DNA from: an uncultured Pseudomonadales bacterium
GTDB lineage: Bacteria; Patescibacteriota; Microgenomatia; UBA1400; PJMF01
Reading direction: 5' to 3'
Assembly: GCA_964554155.1 (NCBI GenBank)
Contig: CAZKNL010000003.1
Coordinates: 1-35,776 of the forward strand
DNA: 35,776 nt
Shown here: positions 27,184-35,776 of the stretch, piece by piece
How the letters are laid out: every line of letters starts with the position of its first letter
How positions within the stretch are numbered: position 1 is the stretch's first letter
Position numbers and translations under genes: made by a program
The notes under the pieces: generated by a model
Databases searched by the model: none
What the model was told of the DNA's origin: nothing
Seen by the model: the letters and a program-made list of their open reading frames with translations, nothing else

Positions 27184-27758
27184 TGAGGTTCTTCCCCTCC
27201 TTCTTGCTGGCTTTCCCAAACCCCAGCGGTGTAGACATCTTCAATATCTTCATCGCCACGAATCGTCTCGATTAATTCTTCTAGTTGAATAATTTGCTGC
27301 GTATCCGTAATTTCCATGGGAATGGTCGGTTGATATTCTTCTCCCTGACGTTCAAACATAAACATCACACTACCCGGCCCACCCAATGACCCACCTGCTT
27401 TTGACAAAATACTACGAACTTCTCCAGCTGTACGTTGAGGATTATCAGTTTGAGCAACAATAATTAACCCCACTCCTCCGTCGGCATATCCTTCATAGAT
27501 AATTTCTTGGATTACCCCACTTTTACCCTTACCAAGTCCGCGATCAATCGCCCGTTGGATATTTTCTTTGGGCATATTGATGGCTTTAGCTTTTTCTAAA
27601 ACTAAACGAAGACTAGGATTGAACTTTGGGTCTCCAGATTTACCTTCTTTGACTGTTGACTTAATCAACTTCGAAAGTTGACTAAAAGCCCTTCCTCGTT
27701 GGGCATCTACTGCCCCTTTGCGATTTTTAATGTTGTGCCATTTACTATGTCCTGCCAT
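27180..27758 (-). CDS. yebC: YebC/PmpR family protein (short form)
   Basis: MAGHSKWHNIK, NPSLR, MPKENIQRAI, YEGY, TDNPQRT. Confidence 0.93.
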   Translation of the reverse strand: MAGHSKWHNIKNRKGAVDAQRGRAFSQLSKLIKSTVKEGKSGDPKFNPSLRLVLEKAKAINMPKENIQRAIDRGLGKGKSGVIQEIIYEGYADGGVGLIIVAQTDNPQRTAGEVRSILSKAGGSLGGPGSVMFMFERQGEEYQPTIPMEITDTQQIIQLEELIETIRGDEDIEDVYTAGVWESQQEGGEEPQ

Positions 27759-27865
27759 ATGACTAAATTGTACCACTTGAATCTGAAAGCTATGGTTGAC
27801 AATTCTCGAGATTCACCGTATTCTTCCGTCAATTTTGTCAGCCCGGCAAGATAGGAATTGAACAT

Positions 27866-28684
27866 ATGACAAATACTTCCCTGTGTTCTCAACTTGAAGA
27901 ACAAGCAATTCAAGCAGCTAAGAACCAAGATTGGCAATCGGCAATCAGGTATAACCAGAATCTGATTGAAGAAAATCCAGAAGATATCCAGGCTTATATT
28001 CGTCTCGGTGTTGCCCAAGTTCAGTTGAGTCAAGTCAAAGAAGCAAAACTGGCTTTTACTCAAGCACTTCAGCTTGATAAAACGAACCAACTGGCAAAAA
28101 AACATTTACAAAAACTGCAGAATAATCAGACAATTACGCTTTCAACCCTGCCGGCTGATGAACAGTTCATTGAGGAACCAGGTAAAACCAAGACCGTTGA
28201 GCTGCATCGTTTAGCTGGTAAAGATCAATTGGAAGGTCTTTCCGTCGGTCAAATCTGTGAGTTAAAAAGCAAAAATCGTTTTATTGCAGTTGAAGTAAAT
28301 AAAACCTATATCGGCTCTTTACCTGAAGACCTTTCTAGTCGGTTAACAAAGCTGATGAAGGGCGGAAATCAGTATATTTGTTACATCCGTTCAATTTCGC
28401 CATCTTCTTGTGTCTGCAGTGTTTTTATTAAGGAAATACTCAGGTCAAAAGATCAAGAATTTGTGAACTCCTTCCCTGTTGCTAAAAACCAGCTTGCCGC
28501 AATCAATGAGATGTACGCCGATGACAACTATGCCTTTGAGATCGAGAATATTCCCCTGCAAATGGTCGAAACCGACAATGATGAAGAAAAAACAGCTACG
28601 GACGCTTTCCCAATTGACGACGGCGAACGCACAGAAGAACCTACTGAAGACTCAGAACCAGAGAATAACGAGAACGATAACTAA
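27866..28684 (+). CDS. TPR protein with possible HIRAN-like domain and acidic tail
   Basis: TPR helices (AYIRLG...AFTQALQLD), FIEEPGKTK, YIGSLPEDLSSRL. Confidence 0.8.
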   Translation: MTNTSLCSQLEEQAIQAAKNQDWQSAIRYNQNLIEENPEDIQAYIRLGVAQVQLSQVKEAKLAFTQALQLDKTNQLAKKHLQKLQNNQTITLSTLPADEQFIEEPGKTKTVELHRLAGKDQLEGLSVGQICELKSKNRFIAVEVNKTYIGSLPEDLSSRLTKLMKGGNQYICYIRSISPSSCVCSVFIKEILRSKDQEFVNSFPVAKNQLAAINEMYADDNYAFEIENIPLQMVETDNDEEKTATDAFPIDDGERTEEPTEDSEPENNENDN

Positions 28685-28705
28685 GTTTTGTTCGCTGTAA
28701 GTTAA

Positions 28706-29635
28706 TCATTCTTGAAAGAACTCACCTAAATCTTCCCCAAGAATCAGTTCTGCTTCACTTCGTGTTCTAGCGAAAACATTTAAATCTTGACGATACTCAA
28801 TCTTGTTTGGAAACAAATCAGTTACATGTCGTCCTAAGTCCTGACAAGAAGTTACACCAGGTTGGACTGTGAACCGACTGGTTGGTTGCACTTGCGCTTG
28901 ATCTGTTAAACGCATAATGATAGCTCCACCTCGTTCTAAAACACGCGCTACTCTGCCTCCTAAACCCACTACAGCAGTACTATTCACAATTGTTAACCGA
29001 CAGTTCTTCCACTCTGCTGGCAGACGCTGGGCTTGCTTCTCTTGCCAGCTATCTAAGCTGGTAAACTGGTCTATTTTTGGTTGTTGCTGGCCAAAAAATT
29101 GAGCCAACTTAAACCTATCTTGGATTCCTAAACCTGTCTCAATTTTTTTCCACAAAATAGCTTGCGCGAACTTATTTGGGTCTTTTATCGAATCAAATAC
29201 TGTCTTGCTTTCTGTAGTCCACACCCCATCAACTGGGATGCCCAGTACATAACTATAGGTTGGAATCATTTCAGATAATTTTTTTTTATCTAATGACAAT
29301 AGAGATCGGATCGATTTGAGAGGGTATTCACCATACCCTCCAGGTACTTTGACCAGCTCTGTTGCAGGAATAGAATGAAGTAGTATAGTATGTTTCTCAT
29401 AGGATATTGACCCTACTATAATAGTATCTACCTTTCCGTCTATATTATTAGAAACGAGTATAATATTTTGGGTGGTTTCTAGGCCCCATTTTGCCGGAAC
29501 GAACCGCACCCACCAAACAATTCCCGCAAATAAGCCGAGAATTATAAGACTGAGAACAAGCAAAAACCTCTTCGGAAAGGAGAACGTTACAGTTTTACGA
29601 TTAGACTTGGATCGGGGGCGACGGGCTGGCCTCAT
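28706..29635 (-). CDS. LCP-like membrane protein with LytR C-terminal domain
   Basis: N-terminal TM, SIP...VPGGYG, C-terminal IVNSTAVVGLG...LILGED. Confidence 0.7.
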   Translation of the reverse strand: MRPARRPRSKSNRKTVTFSFPKRFLLVLSLIILGLFAGIVWWVRFVPAKWGLETTQNIILVSNNIDGKVDTIIVGSISYEKHTILLHSIPATELVKVPGGYGEYPLKSIRSLLSLDKKKLSEMIPTYSYVLGIPVDGVWTTESKTVFDSIKDPNKFAQAILWKKIETGLGIQDRFKLAQFFGQQQPKIDQFTSLDSWQEKQAQRLPAEWKNCRLTIVNSTAVVGLGGRVARVLERGGAIIMRLTDQAQVQPTSRFTVQPGVTSCQDLGRHVTDLFPNKIEYRQDLNVFARTRSEAELILGEDLGEFFQE

Positions 29636-30789
29636 TCATTAAGAATAGCTTGTCGAATCTGCTGTGACAATCTGACCATAAATCTGACGTTATGAATTGA
29701 CGCCAACCGATAGTAGGTTAACTCATTACCGCGATAGAGGTGATTTAAGTACGCTCTTGAGTACCCACGTTTGCAGGTTGAACAATCACAACCTTCTTGA
29801 ATAACTTGATTATCTTTCATGTACTGATTGTTCCCGATTTGCAGTCTACCCTTTGTTGAGGCTGAGCGAAAAATGAGTTGTCCGTTTTCTTGGTCTAACT
29901 CACCACTGTACAACGCGCCATTTCTGGCCAATCTGGTTGGAGCCACACAATCAAACATGTCATAACCGGCTTTGATTGCGTCCAACACATTTTGCGGATC
30001 ACGGCCCAATCCCATCGCATATCGAGGCTTATCAGCTGGTAAACATTCTTTCATCCAGTCCATAATCTCAACTGTTTTCGCCATGTTATAGCCGACCGTT
30101 TCTCCCCCAATAGCAATGCCATCGAATCCTAAACCAGCAATAACTTTAGCTGATTCTTTACGGAGTTCTGGATGCTGAGCGCCTTGGACAATGCCAAACA
30201 ATGCTTGGTAGTACCCATAGACACTTTGACGTTGTTTTTCTTCCCAATACTTCAGACATTGCTCAGCCCAACGATGAGTTCGATCGAGTGCTTCTCGGGC
30301 ATACTGCATATCAGCTGCGTCAGGAGTACATTCGTCAAAAGCCATGATTACGTCTGCCCCAATAACACGCTGAATCTCGATTGATTTTTCAGGAGTAAAG
30401 AAGTGTTTAGTCCCATCAAGATAAGAAGTGAAACCAACTCCATCTTCAGTAATTTTGGTCATTGAGTTTGCTGCCATTTGTTTTCCCAGTGAAAAGACTT
30501 GGAAACCACCAGAATCACTCAGCATCGGCCGACTCCAACCCATAAATTTGTGCACTCCCCCCTGCGATTGGAGAACTTCCAATCCTGGACGGAGATAGAG
30601 GTGATAAGTGTTAGCTAAAATAATCTCGGCATCAAGACTTTCCAAGTCTTGGGTATCGAGCGCTTTAACAGTGGCTCGTGTCCCTACCGGCATGAAAATG
30701 GGGGTCTTTACTTCACCATGAACTGTCTGGAAAACACCAGCACGACCATGAGTGGTTTCTTTCTCGAGTTGAAAACTAAACTTCTGCAC
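29632..30789 (-). CDS. tgt: tRNA-guanine transglycosylase
   Basis: TPIFMPVGT, NTYHL, DSGGFQVFSL, AFDEC, GIVQG, DMFDCVAPTR, CDCSTC, HN. Confidence 0.96.
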   Translation of the reverse strand: MQKFSFQLEKETTHGRAGVFQTVHGEVKTPIFMPVGTRATVKALDTQDLESLDAEIILANTYHLYLRPGLEVLQSQGGVHKFMGWSRPMLSDSGGFQVFSLGKQMAANSMTKITEDGVGFTSYLDGTKHFFTPEKSIEIQRVIGADVIMAFDECTPDAADMQYAREALDRTHRWAEQCLKYWEEKQRQSVYGYYQALFGIVQGAQHPELRKESAKVIAGLGFDGIAIGGETVGYNMAKTVEIMDWMKECLPADKPRYAMGLGRDPQNVLDAIKAGYDMFDCVAPTRLARNGALYSGELDQENGQLIFRSASTKGRLQIGNNQYMKDNQVIQEGCDCSTCKRGYSRAYLNHLYRGNELTYYRLASIHNVRFMVRLSQQIRQAILNE

Positions 30790-30841
30790 ACCCAGTATTG
30801 TAATCTAGATAACCAGTTTTTCTCAGGCATATAATCATTAA

Positions 30842-31960
30842 ATGTTTACCCTGGAGCAGTTCGATTATTCACTCCCACCGGAATTGATTGCCCAAGTCCC
30901 CACTCAGGAGAGGGATCTGTGTCGCCTACTTGTTTTTGACCGAGAAAGTAGTCAAATTCAAGATCGTCAATTTCGAGATCTCGTCGATCTTTTAGATAAA
31001 AACACAGTTCTGGTTCGCAATAACACCAAAGTGCTGCCGGCTCGTCTCTATGGTCACAAAGAAACAGGTGGAAAGTGTGAAGTTTTGCTTGTTCGCCAAC
31101 TATCAAGTGCTCGTCCTCTGACTACTACTCGTTGGGAATGTTTAGTTAAACCTGGTTTAAAAGACGGGCAAAGGGTTCTCTTCCCTCCTCCGAAAGATCC
31201 CAAAAACATACTTGTTGCTAGATGCTCTCCTGACGACGCTGACTTTACCCAATACACCAGAATTTTAGAGTTTGAATGCCCTGAAAAAAGCTTTTTCTCT
31301 ATTTTGCTTGAATTAGGTCATACCCCTCTGCCACCGTACATTACCGGGGCTCCTAAAGATGAAGAAACTCTCCGCCAACTTTATCAAACGACATTTGCCC
31401 AGTGCATTGGCTCTGTTGCCGCACCAACTGCTGGCCTCCACTTCACACCAGAACTGGATGAACGGCTGCGCCAAAAAGGAGTTGTGATTCAAGAAGTGAC
31501 GCTCCATGTCGGGTTAGGCACTTTTCTGCCTGTCCAGCCAGAACAAATTTTTCAAAAACAACTGCACGAGGAAGTTTTTATCTTGACTAACCAAACAGCT
31601 GATGCAATTAATCAGGCCAAGTCCCAAGGCAAAAAAATTATCACTGTCGGCACAACTACCACCCGTGTTTTAGAAAGTTGCATTGAAGATGGGGTTTTAA
31701 AGCCCCAGACTGGGGTGACCCAACTTTTTATTCAACCTGGGGATCGTTTTCAAATCGCTGACGGCTTGATTACTAACTTCCATCTTCCTCAATCAAGTCT
31801 GTTGATGTTGCTGTCAGCTTTTGTTTCCGCGCCAAACACTTCTCACTCTTTTACTTCCTTTACTGAATCAACTGCTGGCAAAGCGTACCAAGTTGCGATC
31901 CAACAAAAGTATCGCTTCTTTAGTTTTGGGGATGCGATGCTGGTGTTAAGTCGGTCCTAA
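30842..31960 (+). CDS. queA: S-adenosylmethionine:tRNA ribosyltransferase-isomerase
   Basis: FDYSLPPELIAQ, NNTKVLPARL, PLPPYI, AAPTAGLHF, TLHVGLGTF, TNFHLPQSSL, YRFFSFGDAM. Confidence 0.96.
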   Translation: MFTLEQFDYSLPPELIAQVPTQERDLCRLLVFDRESSQIQDRQFRDLVDLLDKNTVLVRNNTKVLPARLYGHKETGGKCEVLLVRQLSSARPLTTTRWECLVKPGLKDGQRVLFPPPKDPKNILVARCSPDDADFTQYTRILEFECPEKSFFSILLELGHTPLPPYITGAPKDEETLRQLYQTTFAQCIGSVAAPTAGLHFTPELDERLRQKGVVIQEVTLHVGLGTFLPVQPEQIFQKQLHEEVFILTNQTADAINQAKSQGKKIITVGTTTTRVLESCIEDGVLKPQTGVTQLFIQPGDRFQIADGLITNFHLPQSSLLMLLSAFVSAPNTSHSFTSFTESTAGKAYQVAIQQKYRFFSFGDAMLVLSRS

Positions 31961-32004
31961 AAATCAAGGGATCAGTGATTCCACGACTTTTTCATTTTTG
32001 TAGT

Positions 32005-32026
32005 AATTACCACAATTGTGGTAATT
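32005..32026. repeat. Perfect 22-bp palindrome between convergent genes
   Basis: aattaccacaa|ttgtggtaatt. Confidence 0.8.
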
Positions 32027-32071
32027 GTCATAAAACGTAAAAATTCCGAAAAAAGGGGCAGCCAAACCAAC

Positions 32072-32881
32072 TTATAGAGAGGAGCAAGCACTGAGTTGAG
32101 CGCAAGCATATCTTTCGCGACCAAATTGGTCCTCACAAATAGTGATTGAAAAACCTACCCGTTTTGCTAACTTCTTTATTTGTTTTGCTTGCCCTTGGCC
32201 GAACTCCAACCAAAGCTCTCCTCCTGTTTTGAGGTGATTTTTCGCTTTTAAAACAACTTCTTCAATCAATTTAATTCCAGACTTTTGAGCAAATAACGAC
32301 TCTGTAGGCTCGTGAAGTAAGCTGGGCGAAAAATCAGCGAATGGATCAAGGTAGGGCGGATTACTAAGAATGAAGTCATAGTGGTCTGTTACTGCAGTAA
32401 AAAGGTCAGACTGCAACAACTGCCAGCGTGAGGTGGGAAGATTGTTTTTACGGAGATTGAGCTGAGTTTGCTCGATTGCTTTGTGTTCAATATCCACAAA
32501 ATCTACTTGACTCATTGGCCAATACTTTAAAACAGTAGCCCCAATGCACCCTGAGCCACAACACAAATCAAGAACTTTGATGGGTGTGTTCGCAGTTTTT
32601 TTATCTTGATGTTGTTGCAAAAACTGGCTGACCCAATATTCTGTTTCCGGACGGGGGATTAAGGTTTTGTACGACAAATCAATTTTCAAATCAAGAAAAG
32701 GCGTCCACCCAATCACATATGCTAATGGTTCTCCTTTTTCTAACCGATTAAGATCAGCGTGAATTTCTGTGGGTAACTCAGTCACAGCTCCTGACCAACC
32801 ATTCAGAGCTGATAAAATACGTTGTTCCGGCCAGTCATATTTATCTCGTAGTAACCAGCGGATTTCTTGAGGTCTGCTCAC
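32072..32881 (-). CDS. prmC: Release factor glutamine methyltransferase
   Basis: GEPLAYVIG, LIPRPETE, DLCCGSGCI, SNPPY, LEFG. Confidence 0.93.
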   Translation of the reverse strand: MSRPQEIRWLLRDKYDWPEQRILSALNGWSGAVTELPTEIHADLNRLEKGEPLAYVIGWTPFLDLKIDLSYKTLIPRPETEYWVSQFLQQHQDKKTANTPIKVLDLCCGSGCIGATVLKYWPMSQVDFVDIEHKAIEQTQLNLRKNNLPTSRWQLLQSDLFTAVTDHYDFILSNPPYLDPFADFSPSLLHEPTESLFAQKSGIKLIEEVVLKAKNHLKTGGELWLEFGQGQAKQIKKLAKRVGFSITICEDQFGRERYACAQLSACSSL

Positions 32882-33285
32882 TTTTGACGATCTCCTCTTG
32901 TCCCGAGATGAGTCACTGTTGCGCCATCACCATTGGCTGCACCAAAAACTAAGTACTCTAAGGGTTCTGTTCCAGTATTTTTCATCTGGTGAGGTGCGTG
33001 TCGAGGAATGAGCACTGCCATTCCTGTTGAGATGGGTTGGGTTTCTTCGCCAATAGTGATCTCAGCTTGGCCTTTTAAAATATAAAAAACCTCTTCAAGA
33101 GTTTCATGATGATGCAGTTGAAATGACCGGCCAGGTTGAATCACCGCATAGTTCAACATTTTCATCCGACACTCGGGATCAAAGTCGCGAACGTTAAAAA
33201 GAACTTTTTTTAATACACCGGGATCTTGCGGATCTTCATGGCTGGCAGGTTCAAGCTGGTGTACTTCTAAAGTAGTAATTTTCAT
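32878..33285 (-). CDS. Cupin domain protein
   Basis: HHHETLEEVFYILKG...IPRHAPHQMKNTG. Confidence 0.88.
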   Translation of the reverse strand: MKITTLEVHQLEPASHEDPQDPGVLKKVLFNVRDFDPECRMKMLNYAVIQPGRSFQLHHHETLEEVFYILKGQAEITIGEETQPISTGMAVLIPRHAPHQMKNTGTEPLEYLVFGAANGDGATVTHLGTRGDRQK

Positions 33286-33292
33286 GGTTCTC

Positions 33293-34144
33293 CTAAATAT
33301 TTACGTATTTAAGCGCATTTTTCAGATCTGCTGGTAAGGGTGCCTCAACACTTCGTATCTCACCAGTCAGAGGATCATGCCACTTCAACCACTTTGCGTG
33401 TAAGAACAACCGTGGGCACCAGAGTTGGTCAAGTTGAAGTCTCTTGATACCTACATACATTGGATCTGCCACCAAAGGATGTCGTAAATGAGTAAAGTGG
33501 ACCCGAATTTGATGAGTCCGCCCTGTCTTCGGCCAACACTCGACTAAAGAAAAACCTTGGTACCCTCGTTCGATTTTTTGTCTGAGTTGGCGGACTTCTT
33601 TGGCTGCTGATGCCAGTTCCGCTAATAACTTTTCCAGGTCAAAATGTGGATAGAACTGTTGAACTTTATAGTGCGTTTCTGCCACTCTACCATCTGGGAC
33701 CACCTGAAACTTCATCCGTTGAACTGTTGAACGGGCAATTGGCAGCTGGACAGTATCTTCCAAAATTTGGAACTTGCCATGGACGAGACAAAGATATTGC
33801 TTTCCCGTTTGTCGTTGCCGGAATTGGGTCAATAGATTGACTAAACTGCCAGGATTTTTGGCAAGCAACAGCGCACCGCTGGTTTCTTTATCTAATCGAT
33901 GGACAATTCCTCCTCTTTCGGCAAAAATCGCCTCTGGAGTTCCGAATTCAGGACTAAAATCGGCTGGAATTAGCTTTTGCCAGCCTGGAGGGAACACAAA
34001 GGTACCATCTTGTGTACGCAGCTGCTGCGACCACCACTCCTGAATAGTAGGTCCCGTGACTGTCTCAGCAGTATTAACTACCATCCCCGGTGGTTTTTGA
34101 ATCACCGCCACATCTTGATCTTCGTAAAGGACTTGAATATCCAT
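33293..34144 (-). CDS. RluA-family pseudouridine synthase
   Basis: KPPGMVV, GIVHRLDKETSG, TGRTHQIRVH, LFLHA; no S4 domain. Confidence 0.93.
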   Translation of the reverse strand: MDIQVLYEDQDVAVIQKPPGMVVNTAETVTGPTIQEWWSQQLRTQDGTFVFPPGWQKLIPADFSPEFGTPEAIFAERGGIVHRLDKETSGALLLAKNPGSLVNLLTQFRQRQTGKQYLCLVHGKFQILEDTVQLPIARSTVQRMKFQVVPDGRVAETHYKVQQFYPHFDLEKLLAELASAAKEVRQLRQKIERGYQGFSLVECWPKTGRTHQIRVHFTHLRHPLVADPMYVGIKRLQLDQLWCPRLFLHAKWLKWHDPLTGEIRSVEAPLPADLKNALKYVNI

Positions 34145-34154
34145 AGCTGGTATT

Positions 34155-34607
34155 CTACTTGATGGACTGTGATGGCTTTGTTGTCTTCGCTACTTTTCGC
34201 AAAGGTGCAGTTACCACCCAGACAGCAGCAATACAAATCGCCCAGTCCGCCAGATTATTTTTAATTGAAAAAATTCCTACAGGCAACCAATCTCGAACTC
34301 CACCGTACTGTACTCTATCAACAATATTTGAGAGTGCTCCGCCAATAAATAAACCCGTTGCAATTGGATGTTGTCGCCAGTTTTTTTGAATTACACATAC
34401 AACCAATATTCCTAAGACAAGTAATAGCAGTGTTGAAATCAGTAAATGGTTTGAACGTAATAACCCAAATGAAACCCCCGTATTAATTACGATTGACCCA
34501 AAAAAACGGGAAAAACCAACAATGAACTTGCTGAATTGATCAAGCAAAAAGATAATGCCTGCCACCAGCATACATTGATACAAGAGAGTGTTCTGACGTT
34601 GCATCAC
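34155..34607 (-). CDS. lspA: Lipoprotein signal peptidase II
   Basis: DQFSK, NTGVSFG, GGALSNIVDR, VRDW, NLAD. Confidence 0.9.
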   Translation of the reverse strand: MMQRQNTLLYQCMLVAGIIFLLDQFSKFIVGFSRFFGSIVINTGVSFGLLRSNHLLISTLLLLVLGILVVCVIQKNWRQHPIATGLFIGGALSNIVDRVQYGGVRDWLPVGIFSIKNNLADWAICIAAVWVVTAPLRKVAKTTKPSQSIK

Positions 34608-35395
34608 CGACGTTTTCTGAACGAGAAACTTCGCCCCGAACGTTGAAATAGTAAAGTAATTCCGTAAAGTATTAATCCAACTCGAATTAAGATATCAATT
34701 GGGACTCCAAAGAAGAAAACTTGGGTGGGACTAAATATCCACAAAAAAGAACCAATCAATCCTGTAAAAATACAAAACATACAAAACAAGAAACCAGACT
34801 GCGCACTATCTTTTCTTGCCCGATACCAAGAAAAGGTTCGATAGCGAGACTCTGCCCAAAACAAAAAGATATATAGCAACAAGTACAACCCAAACCCATA
34901 GAGTTGCAAAGGATGCCGACGGTCAAAGACTGAAGCAAACTGAACACCCCATGGTAAGTGTGTTGGTGTACCAAACTCTGCTCCTGAAAAAAAATTGCCT
35001 AGCCATAAAATGGCCATGGTTAATGTTAAAGAAAGTGCTCCAAAATCTAAGACTTCAAACTCATCCCACTTTTCCTTTTGCGCAGAACGATACAATGACC
35101 ACACTACTGCAAGTACACCAAATAAGGGCACGAAACCTGGAAAACGAAACAGGTTGATCCAACTCAAAGGATGCAATCCAAATTGACTAAAGTGTAGAAC
35201 GACAAACCCAACTCTACTCCACACCACCCCCCAAAACGTTGCCTTTAAAAATATATCAAAGAGCTCGTCCTCAGGATAGTGTTCTTCTCTACCTTTTCGC
35301 CAAAAGATATGTGCACTCGTCAAAAAAGCGGCTATCAGAAATAGAGTGAAGGTATAAAACTTGACAGGACCGATCGCAAAAAGAACTGGGAACAT
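34604..35395 (-). CDS. lgt: Prolipoprotein diacylglyceryl transferase-like protein (divergent)
   Basis: MFPVLFAIGP start, LGNFF...G.PT.LPWGV, RHPLQLY; adjacent to lspA. Confidence 0.8.
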   Translation of the reverse strand: MFPVLFAIGPVKFYTFTLFLIAAFLTSAHIFWRKGREEHYPEDELFDIFLKATFWGVVWSRVGFVVLHFSQFGLHPLSWINLFRFPGFVPLFGVLAVVWSLYRSAQKEKWDEFEVLDFGALSLTLTMAILWLGNFFSGAEFGTPTHLPWGVQFASVFDRRHPLQLYGFGLYLLLYIFLFWAESRYRTFSWYRARKDSAQSGFLFCMFCIFTGLIGSFLWIFSPTQVFFFGVPIDILIRVGLILYGITLLFQRSGRSFSFRKRR

Positions 35396-35447
35396 AACAA
35401 CTATGAAGTATAACCCACACTGGGAATGGGATATAATCTGAGGCCGT

Positions 35448-35776
35448 ATGCTGTCGATTTCCCATTCGTTAACCGGGGCATTTATCGCTACCAAAGTTGC
35501 AGACCCCCTGGCTTACACCCCATTGGTTATGGCTTCACACTACTTAGAAGACTGGATTCCTCATTGGGATGTCGGAACGGGTCTAAGCACTGGCAAACGG
35601 AAACGGGTGACTGCAATTATTTTAGAGGTTGGTGAGCTGGTGATTACTTTTGGGTTGATTTACTTCTTTTTTCAATATGGGCACAGCACCATTCAGTATC
35701 ATGCTTGGATCGGGGCGTTTTTGGCTCTTCTGCCCGATTTTTTAGAAGCACCTCGGAATTTTTTGAAGTGGGAACC
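35448..35776 (+). CDS. Membrane-bound metal-dependent hydrolase-like protein, runs off the window (not in the ORF track)
   Basis: Own translation MLSISHSLTGA...SHYLEDWIPHWD...ALLPDFLE; frame is open to the window end; TATAAT upstream. Confidence 0.7.
   Translation, partial: MLSISHSLTGAFIATKVADPLAYTPLVMASHYLEDWIPHWDVGTGLSTGKRKRVTAIILEVGELVITFGLIYFFFQYGHSTIQYHAWIGAFLALLPDFLEAPRNFLKWE

Noticed and set aside
1-35776. Alternative genetic code (UGA read-through)
   Set aside because: Conserved genes are full length under code 11 and several end at TGA in the expected place (holB, yebC, tgt).

Overview
Gene content, short spacers and the reduced holB/yebC forms point to a Patescibacteria (CPR, Microgenomates-like) chromosome using the standard genetic code. 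Left third: a type IV pilus locus with pilB-pilT-pilC-pilD, a Cys-rich PKD-like membrane protein and five pilins on the minus strand. It faces a plus-strand unit encoding a 957-aa secreted protein (thrombospondin type-1-like repeats, Fn3-like and discoidin domains) coupled to a sixth pilin. Middle: holB, gyrB-ppa-gyrA, a signalling cluster with no complete kinase (OmpR-type regulator, 75-aa HisKA-only protein, two single-domain receivers), tRNA-Ala(GGC), SIMPL, and a Xer-family recombinase next to a ~1.3-kb AT-rich non-coding tract that holds a 28-bp dif-like site and a duplicate of its right arm. Right: membrane protein, yebC, TPR protein, LCP-like protein, tgt/queA, prmC, cupin, RluA-family synthase, lspA, a degenerate lgt and a truncated membrane hydrolase-like gene. 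Best leads: the TSP1-repeat candidate pilus adhesin, the candidate single-Xer dif locus, gene conversion between pilin paralogues, the HisKA-only protein and a 26-bp inverted repeat upstream of the tRNA. All calls come from reading motifs by eye; no searches were run.
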